A stretch of 64,000 nt of DNA. Source: Camelus ferus (taxonomy: Eukaryota). Shown here in pieces: positions 50,352 to 63,780 of this stretch. The number at the start of each line of letters is the position of its first letter. Position 1 is the first letter of the stretch. The DNA lies in NCBI RefSeq assembly GCF_009834535.1, contig NC_045697.1, positions 112,718,001 through 112,782,000 of the forward strand. Direction: 5' to 3'. The translations under genes were made by a program, and so were the position numbers. Under the pieces are notes generated by a model. It did no database searches, was not told the origin of the DNA, and saw only the letters and a program-made list of their open reading frames with translations.

Positions 50352-50508
50352 CAGGGTCAGGGCTTGAACAAGGAAAGCAAGGCAGCCACATTCAAAATTT
50401 AAGGAAGCACTCACTCTCAGTTGCTTACCCTACCCATGCATAACCCTGAGAATGAGTGTCTCCTTGAATTTTACACCCTAGCCTCCTCCCTTGTCTGGTC
50501 CTGGTCCC
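50352..50508. mobile_element. Palindromic hAT MITE (MER96-like)
   Basis: Inverted arms aaaatttaaggaagcactcactctcag (50394-50420) and ctgagaatgagtgtctccttgaatttt (50446-50472); starts cagggtc. Confidence 0.7.
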
Positions 50509-50817
50509 TACCTTGGTTTTTGCCCTTATATGTTAGGAGGATGGTCTTTTGGGCCTCCGACTTGTTTCAGAGATGAAATGTGAGATCACTAGGAGATATG
50601 GCTGGTGCAGGAGGCAGTAGATGCAGTGTGTTTGGGGTCCCTAGGTGAGACAGGTTTCTCATCAAAGCACAAGAAATGTTCTCCTGGTTCAGGCCAGGAG
50701 CAGCTCCCTTGTCAGGCCAGTTCCATGCTGTGGTTCTGGAAAATGTCTAATAAATGTGACCTACAGCCAAAGTTCCCATCCTTTCCAAGGATTCTGAGAG
50801 CTACAGACTTCTTTCTT

Positions 50818-51428
50818 TATTTTTTAAATTGAAGTATAGTCGATTTATAATATGTTAATTTATTTTTGTTTGTTTTTTACAGTTACTTTTTTATGTATTT
50901 TTGTTGAAGTATAGTCATCCCACAATATTGTGTCAGTTCCCAGTGTACAGCACAATGCCTCAGCCATACAGGAACACACACACATTCGTTTTCACATTGC
51001 TCTTTCACCACACGTTACCACAAGACATTGAACATAGCTCCCTGTGTTATACAGTATAAACCTGTTGTTTATCTATTTTATGTATATTAGTTAGCATCTG
51101 CAAATCTCGAACTCCCAAGTTATCCCTTCCCACCCCTTTTCCCCACTGATAACTGTAAGTTTGTTTTCTATGTCTGTGAGTCTGTTTCCATTTTGTAAAT
51201 AAGTTCATTTGTCTTTTTTTTTGTTTAGATTCCACATACAAATGATATCATATGGGATTTTTCTTTCTCTTTCTGGCTTACTTCACTTAGAATGACATTC
51301 TCCAGTCCATCTATGTTGCTGCAAATGGCATTGTCTCATTCTTTTTTATGGCTGAGTAGTATTCCATTGTACAAATATACCACAACTTCTTTATCCAGTC
51401 ATCTGTTGATGGACATTTAGGTTGTTTA
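50818..51428 (-). mobile_element. 5'-truncated L1 3' end with a second short L1 terminus
   Basis: ttgaagtatagtc occurs at about 50829 and 50904. Body includes cttctttatccagtcatctgttgatggacatttaggttg. Confidence 0.9.
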
Positions 51429-51599
51429 TATTCAATATCTCCCCTTTTAAGCTAGATGGAATAGATTCTGCTACCTAAAATTTAGAATTCTGATGGTCAG
51501 AAATTTTGACTTTGCCATGTGCTGGTTTCCTTTGAGGTTACTTTATTCTGAGCTGCAATTTTGTCATCTGTGAAAGGGTAATAATAATGATACCTTATG

Positions 51600-52083
51600 A
51601 GTGCAGGGGAGGAAAGATACCTTTTTCCTCTACCAGTCTAAATTCTTGGCTTGGGACCACTGTAAAAAAAAAAAAAAGGACAGGTTAACAAGAGAAAAAG
51701 GATACAAATTTATTAATTATACATTTTAAATAACATGGGAGCCTTCATAAGGAAATGAAGACACAAAGAAGCAGTTAAACTTCACTATTTTTATGCAAAG
51801 TCTAATAAAGTGTGGAGAGTTGTGGGAAAATTTGATAGGACAGAAAAGGCTATGAGCTAAGAGTGAAATGGAAGGCAAGAGCAAGGCCTGTTCATTCAGA
51901 TTCCTCTCTGTGTCTTGGAGATAAGGATGCTGCTTTCCTTCAGATATAAGGAGGGTTCCTCTCATTTGAGGGTTTTATGACCTGCTTCAGGGGAAGGTCA
52001 GAAAGTCGTTCCTGCATAAGATGTTTCTGAAATTCCTCGAACTTAAAATATTCAAGGTGCCAAAGTGCTACATTTTGGGGTTA
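51600..52083 (-). mobile_element. ERV1 solo LTR (MER34/MER39-like) inserted in a MIR
   Basis: Reverse complement of the right end reads accccaaaatgtagcactttggcac; also gacaggttaacaagagaaaa..aaatttatt. MIR-like sequence lies on both sides. Confidence 0.72.
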
Positions 52084-53499
52084 TTTGGGGCTTATTTTGA
52101 AAATTAAACATGATTTATATAACAACAGTAAAAGACATACATGAGATAATTAATACAGATTAGCTATGTTTTGTTAACATTATTTCTTAATTTGGGAATT
52201 GGCCTTCCATTGCATCTTGTCTTTCTTTATCTCTAGTTTGGAGTGACCAAGGTAATTTCCCCTGTTTTTGTTCCTGCTTTGCCTGACACAGTTATTTTAA
52301 TGATCTGGGTCTCTATTCCACCATTTTTCTCCCATTCCAAGTGCCTTATATTGGAAAGTCTATTGGGCACCTCAGTTCCAATGAGATTCAAATTCTGCAG
52401 TTCCTTTGCATGCCTTTTTGGAGACTTGAGTCCTAAATCCCAGCCCTACGAATTTCTGTTCTTTCTCCTTGATGCCCTTAAGATATATGCCTGTCTTCAC
52501 AGCACGCCCATGGGTTTATACTCTTCATCCCTATAAATACATGTCTGCTTGCCCATGACTGCTTGTGGGGTTTTCCCAGTGTCAACTCTGTCTTGACCAC
52601 CATATGCTGCCTGCCGCCATATTGGTGGACAATGTCAACCTCATTGTTACTGGTAGATGTGCCCTGAGCACTTACCTCATCTCAGAGAATTTACTAGATC
52701 TTCGAAACAGAGTGCCTGTGCTTCTTCCTACCCAATTTCCATTTTTTCAGAGACTATCATAATACTAAAACTGTTCTGTTCTCATTTAGAACATGTTGCT
52801 TTTTCTCCTTTGAGTCAATAATGATAGTGTTCTGCAGATAACCATGAAAGAGGATTTTTCCTTAATTTCCGATACATATATGTATATTTTTCTAGATGGT
52901 TGAACATCAATAAGGAAACTATCGTGTGATATGAGAGGGCCTATTCCTTTCAACAGTTTGATCTTCAGATGAACATCATATATAGTAGCTCAGAGGAAAA
53001 GGTGTATCAGATGTAAGTCTGAACAATGCACTGACCTCATCTGACTTCCTGTGTAGGGACTCTGGAATGCCACAGGAGGTTTTAGATTAATGGTCAGATG
53101 AAGGTCTTATCTTTGTAAAGGCAGTCTCTAACTTGGGTTCAATCATAAACAGGTTTGACTCCCACATGACCACTCCAAACTTGGACTCATTTTGCCTTGG
53201 GCCCTATAACAGAAATGTTTTCCTTTTTCTGTTATCCCCCTCCTTTCCATTTTTTCCCCTTTGTTCCTACAGTAGAAAACACTGAACCTTTACAAGATGA
53301 CCTGTGGGAATTCACTCTACTCAACTCCTGCTCAGTATTTCCTTTCTCTTCTCGTTTAGCAAACACAGATCACTGGCAAACTAAATCCTACTTTCAGCTG
53401 AACTCTTTTGCCATTGTGATCTCAGCCCACCTCTCCCCGCCCCCAGTATATCAGACTCCTTTGATTTAAAATGACAGGATGTTAAGTGATTCACATAAA

Positions 53500-53950
53500 T
53501 CATGCTCAGGGCGCCCTCTGCCACCCCCCAAGTGGGGCTCATGGACAGAAAAGTCTAAGACTGCATCTGCCTCCAAGCCTGATAGAATCTAGCTCAAGAC
53601 ACCTTGTCTCTGCTTTTAAATTGAACTTTCCTTATGTCTTCTGGCAGTCAAAGCTCATAGCCTATCAGCCTGTTGAGCCCAGTAGTAAAATGGTGTCTTC
53701 CCCTTGGGCTCTGGCAGAAAATTACCAAACAGGGGCTCGACTCATCCTGCTCCAATCACATGCTGTTTCGCAGTCCATCACTATGGCTGGGAGGTGTGAG
53801 TTCCCGCACTGTGATTGGCCAGGGCTGGGTCATGTGGACACCGCCTGGTAGTGTGCACACGGCCCCACCCACCTGACGTAGAATGAAGATGGTTCTGTCA
53901 TCGGAGGGAGGGTGGTATGCTTGGAAATCAGGAACAACAGTCTGCTCATT
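53500..53950. mobile_element. Old MaLR LTR (MLT1J/K/L-type)
   Basis: ccatcactatggctgggagg ... ctgtgattggccagggctgggtcatgtg. Confidence 0.55.
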
Positions 53951-54549
53951 GACTGCCCAGTATCCACGTACACTGTTTTTCAAATGTGATATCCTTAAAT
54001 GCCCATTCACATAAAACAACTATTCTTGTAAAATCGAAGCCAAAATTCCCCACTTCCTAAAGGAAATTCTTTTCTTCTTATTGCCTTCACCTTTAAGTCC
54101 AGACCACTGAATCATGAACCTTCCAACTTGTATAATCTCTAGAGTGTCTCTCCATGAACAGAGAACCTATGGTTACCTCATATCCAAAACTTGGGCACCA
54201 AGACACCTAAAAATACAGTGATGGAAGTTTTTTAAAGGGTAACATAAAATTTTAAATTGCACATTAGGAAACAGAATTGGGGGACACAAATGGAACATGT
54301 CCCATTGGACAGAGATAACAAGGGTTCCAGTCCTGGCAAAGATTGAGTTTCTTGGGAAGCTAATATGTCAGCTTTCTGTGCTGGACTCCAGGGAACTCTT
54401 TCTTGTCTGTGGTCACAGGCTGCGTAAGGGAAGAGTCCTTGCCGGGGGCTGTGCATTCCAGCTTCTGAAGATGTGGGTTTGGAATTCTGCAGTTTACCTT
54501 AAGTTTAACACAACCACAGGACTTCTTTGCCAGGCATTAGGCAAAATAA

Positions 54550-54746
54550 TATCTAATGCCTTATAATAGCCTAGAATGAAAAAGAATGTGAAAAGGAATA
54601 TATGTATACATGCATAATTGAATCACTGTGCTATACACCAGAAGTCAACGCATTGTAAACCGACTATATGTCAATAAATAATTAAACAAAATATTAAAAA
54701 ATAAAATACCAATAAATAAAATAATAAAATAAATCGGTAAAAAAAT
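54550..54746 (+). mobile_element. Short L1 3' UTR
   Basis: aatgaaaaagaatgtgaaaaggaatatatgtatac ... gcattgtaaaccgactata plus an A-rich tail. Confidence 0.88.
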
Positions 54747-55852
54747 ATAAGACCATGCTGGGCTAATGTATATATGAATACCAGACCTCTGAGTGGACAA
54801 AACTGAAAATATTCTTTTCACCTAAACTCGCTGATAATCTTTTTCTACAACAAGCCACCTCCTCAGAAGACAAAATTAAACTCTGTAAAACAGTTTCTTC
54901 ATTGCATGAAAAAATTAAGACTGAATTCCCAAGTAATTTCTTCAATAGTTAGATGCCATTAGAGAAAGGATCCCTCAGAGGGCAAGATGAGAGCATATTA
55001 GTAGGCGAATTATACTGAAGTCTATTTGCACAATATTTCTCAGGCATCGACAACCATCTGTTCACTCATATCCATATACATTCCTTCCTTCATTCATCTC
55101 TGCCTCATCTTATGAAGGATTTGATGTAGTTTATAGGGACACATCCAGTAACTAAAGTATAAATAACTAAATAACCAGGTAAGGAGAAAATATGTTTGTA
55201 TAGAGATTTAAAGACCAGAAAGATGTAGGCTTTGGGGAAAGAATTGTACTTCTCTACTTCAAAAACTGTCCAAATTATTCAAAGAATAAATAAGAAAAAT
55301 AATGGCTATGTGATACTGAAATTTAGAACAATTCAGCTACATACCACAGACTCAGAATTTGCAGAGACAGTAAAATTTGTATCAATACAGACAACTTAAA
55401 GTAATGTATTATTTGGTAGCCTTTACTGAATGCCCAATAGTGCTTGCACTGTGTTCAGTGTTTTACCTGCATTATTCCTTTTGAGGCTGGTACCAAACCT
55501 GGGTTGAATATTGAGGTTGGTAATTAACCATACAGCTGAATGACCAGCATTTGTTCAGATTGGTTAAACATCCACTCTTATCAGTCCATGTCCATACTCT
55601 GCCAGTTCTTATAAGCGTATTATAATCTTCCCTTTATGATTAGAAATGAAGTCTCAAAAAGGCTAAATACTTTCGCTAGGGAATTACAGAGAATTAATGG
55701 CAGATTTTGAACTACCAGCCTAGCATCTCTGACTCCATTATCTGATCAGTTAACTTTTTCAGTATTCTGCTCACACTGGAAGGTTATACCCAGTTCTACT
55801 TCCTGAGAGTCATAATTCAGTGGAAGACAATTTGCAAGACCTCGGTAATATC

Positions 55853-56526
55853 TGTTACTGAGTCAACCTGGGACCACTCGCCCCTGCGCAGTAAAGCCCA
55901 TCTCCTGACACTGGGTTGTGGAGAAGGAAAGTGAAGGGTTTACTGTAGGGCACCAGACAAGAAGTCCAGGGAAGCTAGTGCTCAAAACCACCTGAACTCC
56001 CCAGTGGGTTCCAAGGAGGCACTTTTAAAGGACAGGTGAGAAGGGAGAGTCACAGTGTATGTGATCAGCTCGTACACCGTTCTCCAACTGGTTGATGGTG
56101 AGGTAACAGGGTGGTGTCACAGGGGTTAATATCATCCATCCTCAGGCTCCAGCTGGTCTGGGGGCTGTGTGCTCCTGGTCATTATACAGTCAACTTTTTC
56201 CATTTGGCAAGGGTTTTAGCATCGTAAAACAACTCAGGAAATGTGCATCAGATACTGTTACCGATGTACTTCAGGGAGGAACTGAAGATTCTGTGATTGC
56301 CATTTGGTTGACTTACTGTTTAAATTCCTGCCAGTTCTCCTGGCCCAACTGCTATTTTTGTCACCACATGTTCACATCCTTTCAGTCATTAATTCTTGAG
56401 CCAGGCTTTTGTGACTCAGGGGAGGCCTGGGAGACTACAGTTTTTCTCCAAACAAGAGATTGGCAGGGGACATGGCAGGGGAGGAGTTTATTCCAAGAAG
56501 GCCACAGAGGGTCCTGCTCAGTTCCA
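55853..56526 (-). mobile_element. ERV1-type solo LTR
   Basis: TG...CA termini, 674 bp, perfect 4-bp TSD TATC (55849-55852, 56527-56530). Orientation inferred from gtttact (antisense AGTAAA). Confidence 0.88.
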
Positions 56527-58024
56527 TATCTTTTCATCTTGAAGACTATGTACTAAAAACTTGGTAAGTCACTGGAGAGGCCAGAGCAAGACACTGAGAC
56601 ACTGTTAAGCATTTAAAAACTTTTTGAGTGCCTAATATATACTAAGCATGATTCTAAGTGCTTGGATAAAAACCTTGTACCTTTTATTTCAGTTATTCCC
56701 CCTCTGCATCCCATTCTAAGCTGGCGAGAGCAAACACTGTAGAACACGCATCCTGTATTTGTTCCTTCCACGTGAACAAAGATTACAGGTGTAAGAAAAA
56801 TTTTCAAATAATCTCTTTAGGACAAAGATTCCCGTTAGTAGAAGTTAGTTTTGGTTGTGAGTGCATTTTTACTACTTGAAATGTGGAGACGTTTGTTTAA
56901 CAAAATGTTACTTAGAATCTGATAATGTGTCTCTTCACTTGTGAATGAGAGTGAATGACTGCTCTCCAGAGTGAATCAGAGAAGTGAGCGCATCTAGTGA
57001 TCTGTGTGGAGTCAGTTACGCCATAACCCCCATGAAATGACGTGGCTTCCCCTAATCGAATATTTCACCAATCATACCGAAGTGAGGGTGAGCTGGACTG
57101 GTGATGGAGGGAGACAGTTGTTTCAGGGCACAGAGAAGCCTGCTGTTCCAATTCTTTTTACGAAGCCAACAGAATACTTCAGAAAAATGATACCTTTGGA
57201 AGAGTTGCATTGATAAAATAGACCCAAAGTCATTTAACCGTTTTGATATAAATGCCATAGTCTGTGTCTTCTGTCTGGATTGTAGCTTAATGGGTGTAAG
57301 GTTTTAAAAACAAAACCGTGCCCCACTCCTACGTTTACATGCTGTTTAGAACGCTCCTTCATTTCTCTGCTTTGGTTTGGAACGTTGCATTAACAGAACT
57401 ACCAGTGTTTCCTTGTAATGAGGGGTCAGGTGACTGACATCAACCTGTGGGAAAGAAACTATAATTTTTTAGCATCCTGCTTTGTACTTGTCACTGAGCT
57501 AGATACTCAAGAAATGCCTAGTGGTTGTTGGTTTGCTCGCCCCAGCTTTGCTTCTTGGCAGTCTATAATTTACAGCTTTACTTCTAAGAAACCATTAACA
57601 TACCACATCCAGAAGTAACACCAATCTGAGGTATATGAAACTATAAGGAATACCCTACTTAACTCAGTAAATTAATAAACAGAAGTTGGCATTGAAACCA
57701 CTCCTCACTGCCGGATGTCACAAAGCACAAAAAAGAAAAAAAAAGAGTTAGAAAAATATTCTCCTGGGGTTTCTTAGAGATAGTTTTAGGTTTAAGGGGA
57801 GAATTAGATGTGTATTTAAACAGTCCAATAGAGAAGTCTATCATTTTGTCTGTTCAAGACTCGAACTCTTAAAATTCTTCTTGAGACTTAGTCCCTAGGC
57901 CTTGGGAGTTCAGTGATCACACCTTGTTGCTTGGGTAGCAGACCTGAAGGGGCGATGGCAGGGGAAAGGCAACCTTTTGAAGCCAAATTTATGTTACTTT
58001 CTTTGCTCAACTGCATTCTTTTAA

Positions 58025-58945
58025 AATAAATGATATCAGAAGACAAATATTCCCCCCAAATAGACAAAAGATTTGAACAGATACTTCACCAAAGAAGATC
58101 TCTAGATGATGGCCAAGAACATGAAAAGATACTCAGCATCATTATTCATTGATGAGCTATACAAATGAAATCAAAAAGAGATGCCACAGTGCACGTGCTA
58201 GAATGGCTAAGACTTGGGAGACTGGCGATGCCAAACGTTAACGAGCATGAGAAACTAGTTTGGCAGTTTCTTACAAAGTCAAACGGACATTCACGGTATA
58301 GCATCACAATTCCCTTGTGAAATAATACTGTGTGCCCAGAAAGCATATCTTGAAATATTTTTAACAGCTTTATGGAGAATACCCCAGTTGTGAGACAATC
58401 AGAATTTCCGTTAACTGATAAACAGGTAAGCAAATTATGATGTAGTCATATGATGCCAATAAAGAGGTGTGAGCTACAGATACATGCAACATGGATGGGC
58501 CAAGTGAAAGGAGTCAGACTCACAAGAGTACACACTGTAGGGTTCCACTGATGTTGCATTCTGGAAAAGGCAATAAATTAAAATAAAATAAAATTTAAAA
58601 AAAGTAGTAAAGTAAAATAAATAAAATTAAAATTAAATAAATAAAATAAAATAAAATAAAAATAGTAAAGTAAAGTAAAATAAATTAAATAAAAATAAAA
58701 ATAAAGTAAAATAAAATAAAATAAAATGCTGGTGGAAAGCAGCTCAGAGGTTGCTGGTGGCCACCAAATTGTGTGGGAGGGGATTGACCATAACAGAACA
58801 CAGGGAACTTTTTGAGATGATGTAAATGTTCTGAATTATTACTGATCATTATGTTCTGATCATTATCCAACTGTACACATTTGTCAAAACTCATCCAATT
58901 GTACATTTAAAATTGGTTATATTGTATGTAAATTATACCTCAGTA
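58025..58945 (+). mobile_element. Old L1 (L1MC/ME-type) 3' region with internal AT-rich array
   Basis: gacaaaagatttgaacagatacttcaccaaagaagat, tttggcagtttcttacaaagt, tacacatttgtcaaaactcat. Confidence 0.85.
58572..58725. repeat. (TAAAA)n-type low-complexity array
   Basis: Visible imperfect pentamer repeats. Confidence 0.9.
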
Positions 58946-60924
58946 GAACTGGCAGAAAAACGACACAAAATATGGTGGAGGAAAACGTTAAGCAAAAGTG
59001 TCACCACTTGTTTGGATAGGCTTACGCTCCTGAACATTTTTCACAAAATGAGAATAAAACATGCCAGAAGAGATAAACAGACAATTTCTGAAGAAAGCGC
59101 ATGGTCTCTCTGCTGATCCCAAACTCTTGTTTTTTCAGTGTTTATCCCTGTGGAATCGAGAACATATTCTTTAAAGAATGAATTGATGATAGCTTGTGTA
59201 GTTTTTCCACAAAAAGCATGTAATACATTTCAATGGAAGTCCCAGAACATCCACAAAAGTCACGAGGGACCTTAAAATGATGCAATGAGAGAGAAGACGT
59301 GCGAGAACGACAGATAAGCAACTCCATGCTGTTGTTAGCTAGGATACAGATTTCATCATAAAAAAATAAATAAATAAAATAAAGGACTCAGTGAGTGGTC
59401 CATCACTGGCAAAAGGAAATATCTTTTTGTGGAGTTTATATTCTCATTAAATTCCAGCCACAGAGCAACCATTTGAAAGGCCCATTCGTCTTCCGGGAAG
59501 GCGCCACCTTATCATCGTGGAGATCAGCCTGCGACTTAAACTTGATCCATTGACCAATGCTTCCGAGAAGGCAGTGTCTTGACCCGGATGCTGATCGTCA
59601 TAAAATGCTCTGACCTGAATCACGGGGACTGAAAGTCTCTGCATTTCCCCTTTAAATATGAATTTCAAGTGACTGCCTTTGCAAAGGGGTTGAATTGTAA
59701 CGCAAAAGAGGCAAGAGTGAAAGGGCTCATAAAGAGAGTACAGAGGCAGTGATCTGGAGGGTCAAAACATTGCCACAAATGGTTCTCAAAATTATCCTTT
59801 TAGTTACCTGTTAGTAGAGGATCTACACTTTCAACACAAATCTTTTTAGATATTCTAAAGCCTGTGATTGAGACCAACAGCAGTGATGATATTAACCAGC
59901 TGCCTCCACAGTACCTCCATATATTGTCTTCCTGATAAAATTTTAACTATTTTTCACAGAAAATAACTTGCGTGCCTTCTGTGTGTAAATGATATGCTGA
60001 GTGGCGGTGATGGGGTGTCCTGTGAGAGACATGTCTGCCCCCAGCGGGCGGATGGTCCATGAAGAAAAAGGCCTGAGAAACAGTCAAGCATCACAGAGGA
60101 CAAAATGCACTAAATACTTGAATGAAAGTCAAAGTGCAACACTCCTGGGATGTCCTGAGCATTTTCTTGGATATGCATTTTTTTTTAATTTTCTTCTTTT
60201 GGTATCCATTGGGTTGATAAATCTCAGTTCTCTAAAGAGCAACAAGAAAAACTGAAAAAGAGAGAAAAGGGTGAGGAGGCGGGGATGAATGCTGGAAAGT
60301 GGCAGATTGGGACTCCAACAGTGACCTGTAGTAGATCTCAACAAAATGCTAGTTTTCGTCTTTTCTCCCCCACCCCACCCCCGTGTGCCACATCAAACCG
60401 GTGCCCTTCCTGCCAGAAATAGATCAGAAGCTGCCCTCTTTCCAGGACACAGTTAGCAGTGTTCCCAGGGCAGTTTCTCACCTGCATTCTCACCACATCC
60501 TCCAGCCACTCTGACCGCCTGCAGGTGCTCCTACACTTAGATCGTGTGCAAACTCTCTCTCCTCCACCGTCCATCACGGGCTGCTCCAACTGACCCCACT
60601 CTCATGTCCTCTCCTTTCCTCTCTTTTCTTTTATACTCAACTCAGATAAATGTGCTCACTGTGTTCTCCTGGGAAACATCCTGCTTCACCCAAAACTAAG
60701 CCCTTCTCCTAATATCGGTCTTAAGCCGGCCCTGCTTGTTGTTATCTTAAAATCAGCGAATCAGGTCCTTTAATCTGTCCCGGCAAATTACATCTGCTCT
60801 ATAAAGCCCTTGCTGGACTGAGGGTTGGCAACAGATTCCTCTTAAATCTTCCTGAACTGAATTCGAGACTCCCAGGGCCCGGTCCCAGAAGGCGTGTTCT
60901 CCTTTGATGTATGAAATGTTAATA

Positions 60925-61430
60925 ATTCATATATTCATGCAGCAGTACTGAAGTGGCTGCTACATGCCAGGCTTTGTTCTAAGCAGAAGGGGCATAACAC
61001 TGAGCAGAACAAAGTCCTATTCTCATGCAGAGAGAAAGGAGAGCCGCACAGATGACAAACAATAAACAAACACATCAATAAGTATTGTGATGAAATATAA
61101 AGCAGAATCAGGGAAGAATGATTAAAGGTCTGTCTGGGAGGGTGACACTCGAGTCAAAATATGAAAGAAGCAAGGAAGTAAAGCATGTTGATATTTGTGG
61201 GAAGAGAAGTCGAGAAGAGAGGACAGCTATGCAAAGATTGAAATGGGAGCTTGCTGGAGCGTGGCTGGAGCTGATGGGGTCAGGGAAAGGAAGTGGGCCA
61301 GGGGTGACGGGAGAGCTGGCTCTGGATCTCCTGCAAGGAAACAGTCATGGTTGGGGGTGTTCCTGAGAGACAGGGAAACCCATTAGAGGCTTTGGAACAG
61401 GGGAGTGACAGTGTGACTTTTCTTTAGAGG
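60925..61430 (-). mobile_element. L2 fragment
   Basis: ctacatgccaggctttgttctaagc ... gggaaacccattagaggctttggaacaggggagtgaca. Confidence 0.75.
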
Positions 61431-61439
61431 GAAGAATTT

Positions 61440-61632
61440 GAAGCAGAGTTGAGACACAGATTCCAAGTCTTTTGTTAGACTAGGCGGAGGTAGCTTGGCA
61501 TTTTGCAGGCTTGCTTTCCTCCTTTAAAAATGGGGCTAATAATAACTGCCTTGTCAAACTGAGAAAATTAAATGAGGACTTAAACAGCATGCCTGACATA
61601 TGATGAACATCTTATTGAAAGTGCTAAATGTT
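61440..61632 (+). mobile_element. MIR
   Basis: tttcctcctttaaaaatggggctaataataactgcc ... aattaaatgag ... cagcatgcctgacata. Confidence 0.65.
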
Positions 61633-62149
61633 ATTTCATTTGTATTTGTCAATATCAGCTTTATCTCTCTCATAATTATGTTTTTGTTGGGATCACATCT
61701 AGCAACTGTGGAAACTTTGGATAGATGCCAGAGATACCCATTTCTTTATGCTTTATATATCAAATTTTGAATCACCTTAAGCAAAATCTGAAAAATATTT
61801 GGCTTTAAGGCAAAGCAGCAGAACCAGGTATGATGCTAATCTATGGTGACTAGTGACTTGACCTGTTTTAGGTAGTTTGAGAGGCACCACTCACGGCTTT
61901 AAGTATTTTGTGTTGTAAATGAACTCATGAGACTGTCTTAAGGGAAACAGACATGTAGCCCTCACTGATTAATTCTCAAATAGACTTATTCTTAAAAACA
62001 TGATGTTAAATGTCTTAACCCTTTTAAAAGTATTTTGGGAGAAGTTTGAACACAGAGGAAAAGGAGATTATTATGTATAAAATCATAATAAATTTGAATT
62101 CTTTAATTCCACCTAATTTTTTGTCCCTGAAACTCAAAGATAGTTGTTT

Positions 62150-62158
62150 TATTATTAT

Positions 62159-62191
<33 letters not shown>
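62150..62191. repeat. (TAT)n(TAC)n trinucleotide microsatellite
   Basis: Visible array; the source of the poly-T/poly-V ORFs. Confidence 0.95.
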
Positions 62192-63234
62192 AAGACTACA
62201 GTTATATAATGGGAACCTGTTTAACATTGTCTTAGATTATTATTCAGTAAATAAAAGCAGAACATCAACCTAAACCCCAGGTGAGGCAGCGCCCTGTTCA
62301 CGGAGAGGCCTGATGGTAAGGACCTCACCCTCCCGCGCGGCGGTGAAGCCGCGGCTCCAGGGAGGAAGGTGTGAGGACCAGAGCAGCCCCAAGGTCGTGA
62401 GCCGTGCGAGACAGACGACAAATCAGGGGTCTCCCATTGCCTATGTTAGCTTCAGACCTCACAGCCTCTCACCTATAATGAAGTGGGAGAGAAGATAAAA
62501 GCATTTCCCCTGTTCTGTGTTGTTTGAACATCATTAGAACCTTCATCATAGCCGGGCAGACCCAGCATTGGCCCCAGAGCTCCAGGGAGCAGGATGAAGC
62601 CCTGTCATTCCGTGGCTTATCAAAGTCTGAAAAAAATTAATTCAGGGTTGTCATCACCCTACTTAAAATCCTGAGGCTCACGGGATGTAAGATCCTCTTT
62701 ACTTCACATTCATTTTACAATAAAGAGGAAACAAGAAGTTAGCAGATTTCTCCTCCAGGTATCCTGGCTTGGCAGTGCCCTGGCCCCCTTTGAGAAGGCT
62801 CATTTCTCAGCGGTCCTGTGAAAGGAAGGCTGCTCCTTCCTCCTCTCCCAGTTACCTGGGGACAGGTCAGGTCCACAACCACCCCTCCCCCGCAGCACAT
62901 CTCTGCTCCCCTAAGGCTCTGAGGCACATCTGCCTCCTGCTGGCATCTCTGCACCGTCCAGCAACATTTCTTTGTTTTTTTCTGTTAGACTTCTCCTCCA
63001 ATGTCTATAGCAGCTGCCTTAAAATTTACAGTCCCCTTAAAGCTGTGAAACGGAAACCTTCCGTTCACCTTTAGCAAATTAAATACTTACTTGACAAATA
63101 GAATAGAGGTCTGCAGGCATCCTCCAAGGCACGGCCAGATTTCTGAGCTTCCCTGCACACCTTCTGCCTCCTTCCCTTTTCTGATGCCACAGAGGTTGCC
63201 CTCCCATGTGGGGCTCGTCACTGCAGGGACTCTG

Positions 63235-63780
63235 TGTGACAGGCAGAATTCTCTCACATGTCCTCCAAGATTCCCTACCCCCTGCATAATCCCCAGGGAT
63301 GTGAATACATGGATTTTACTTGCATGATAATTGTTATTGTATGGGATGGTTGACTAGGAAAAGGAGGTGATCTGGGTGCCTAACCTAATCGCATGCAAAA
63401 AGCAGAGACTTTTCTCTGGTTTCTGGAGAAGGGAAGGTCAAAGATTCAAAGCATGAGAAGGGTTCAGTGGGCTATTGCTGACTGGAAGATGGAGGGGCCC
63501 ATTGGCAAGGAATGTGAGTGGTCTCTGGTAGCTGAGAGCAGCCCTCAGCTGACAGCCTTCAAGGAACACAACCGCAAGGAACTGAACTTTGCCCACAAGA
63601 AACAGGAACCCAGGAGTGGACTTTTCTCTGGAGCCTCCAGACAAACCAGGCTGGCTCCTGGTTTCAGGCTTGTGGTACCCTCAGCAGAAAACCCAGTCAC
63701 CTCAGCAGAACCGTGAGATAATAATGGATATTTTCATCTACTTAGTTTGTAGCAACGTGTTACACAGAAATAGAAGACCG
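63235..63780 (+). mobile_element. MaLR LTR (MLT1D/E-type)
   Basis: tgtgacaggcagaattct start, ctctggtagctgagagcagccctcagctgacagcc, ttctctggagcctccagac, gtttgtagcaacgtgttacacagaaatagaa end. Confidence 0.85.

Noticed and set aside
50394..50472. Long hairpin as a pre-miRNA or structured RNA
   Set aside because: Explained by the internal palindrome of a MER96-like MITE.
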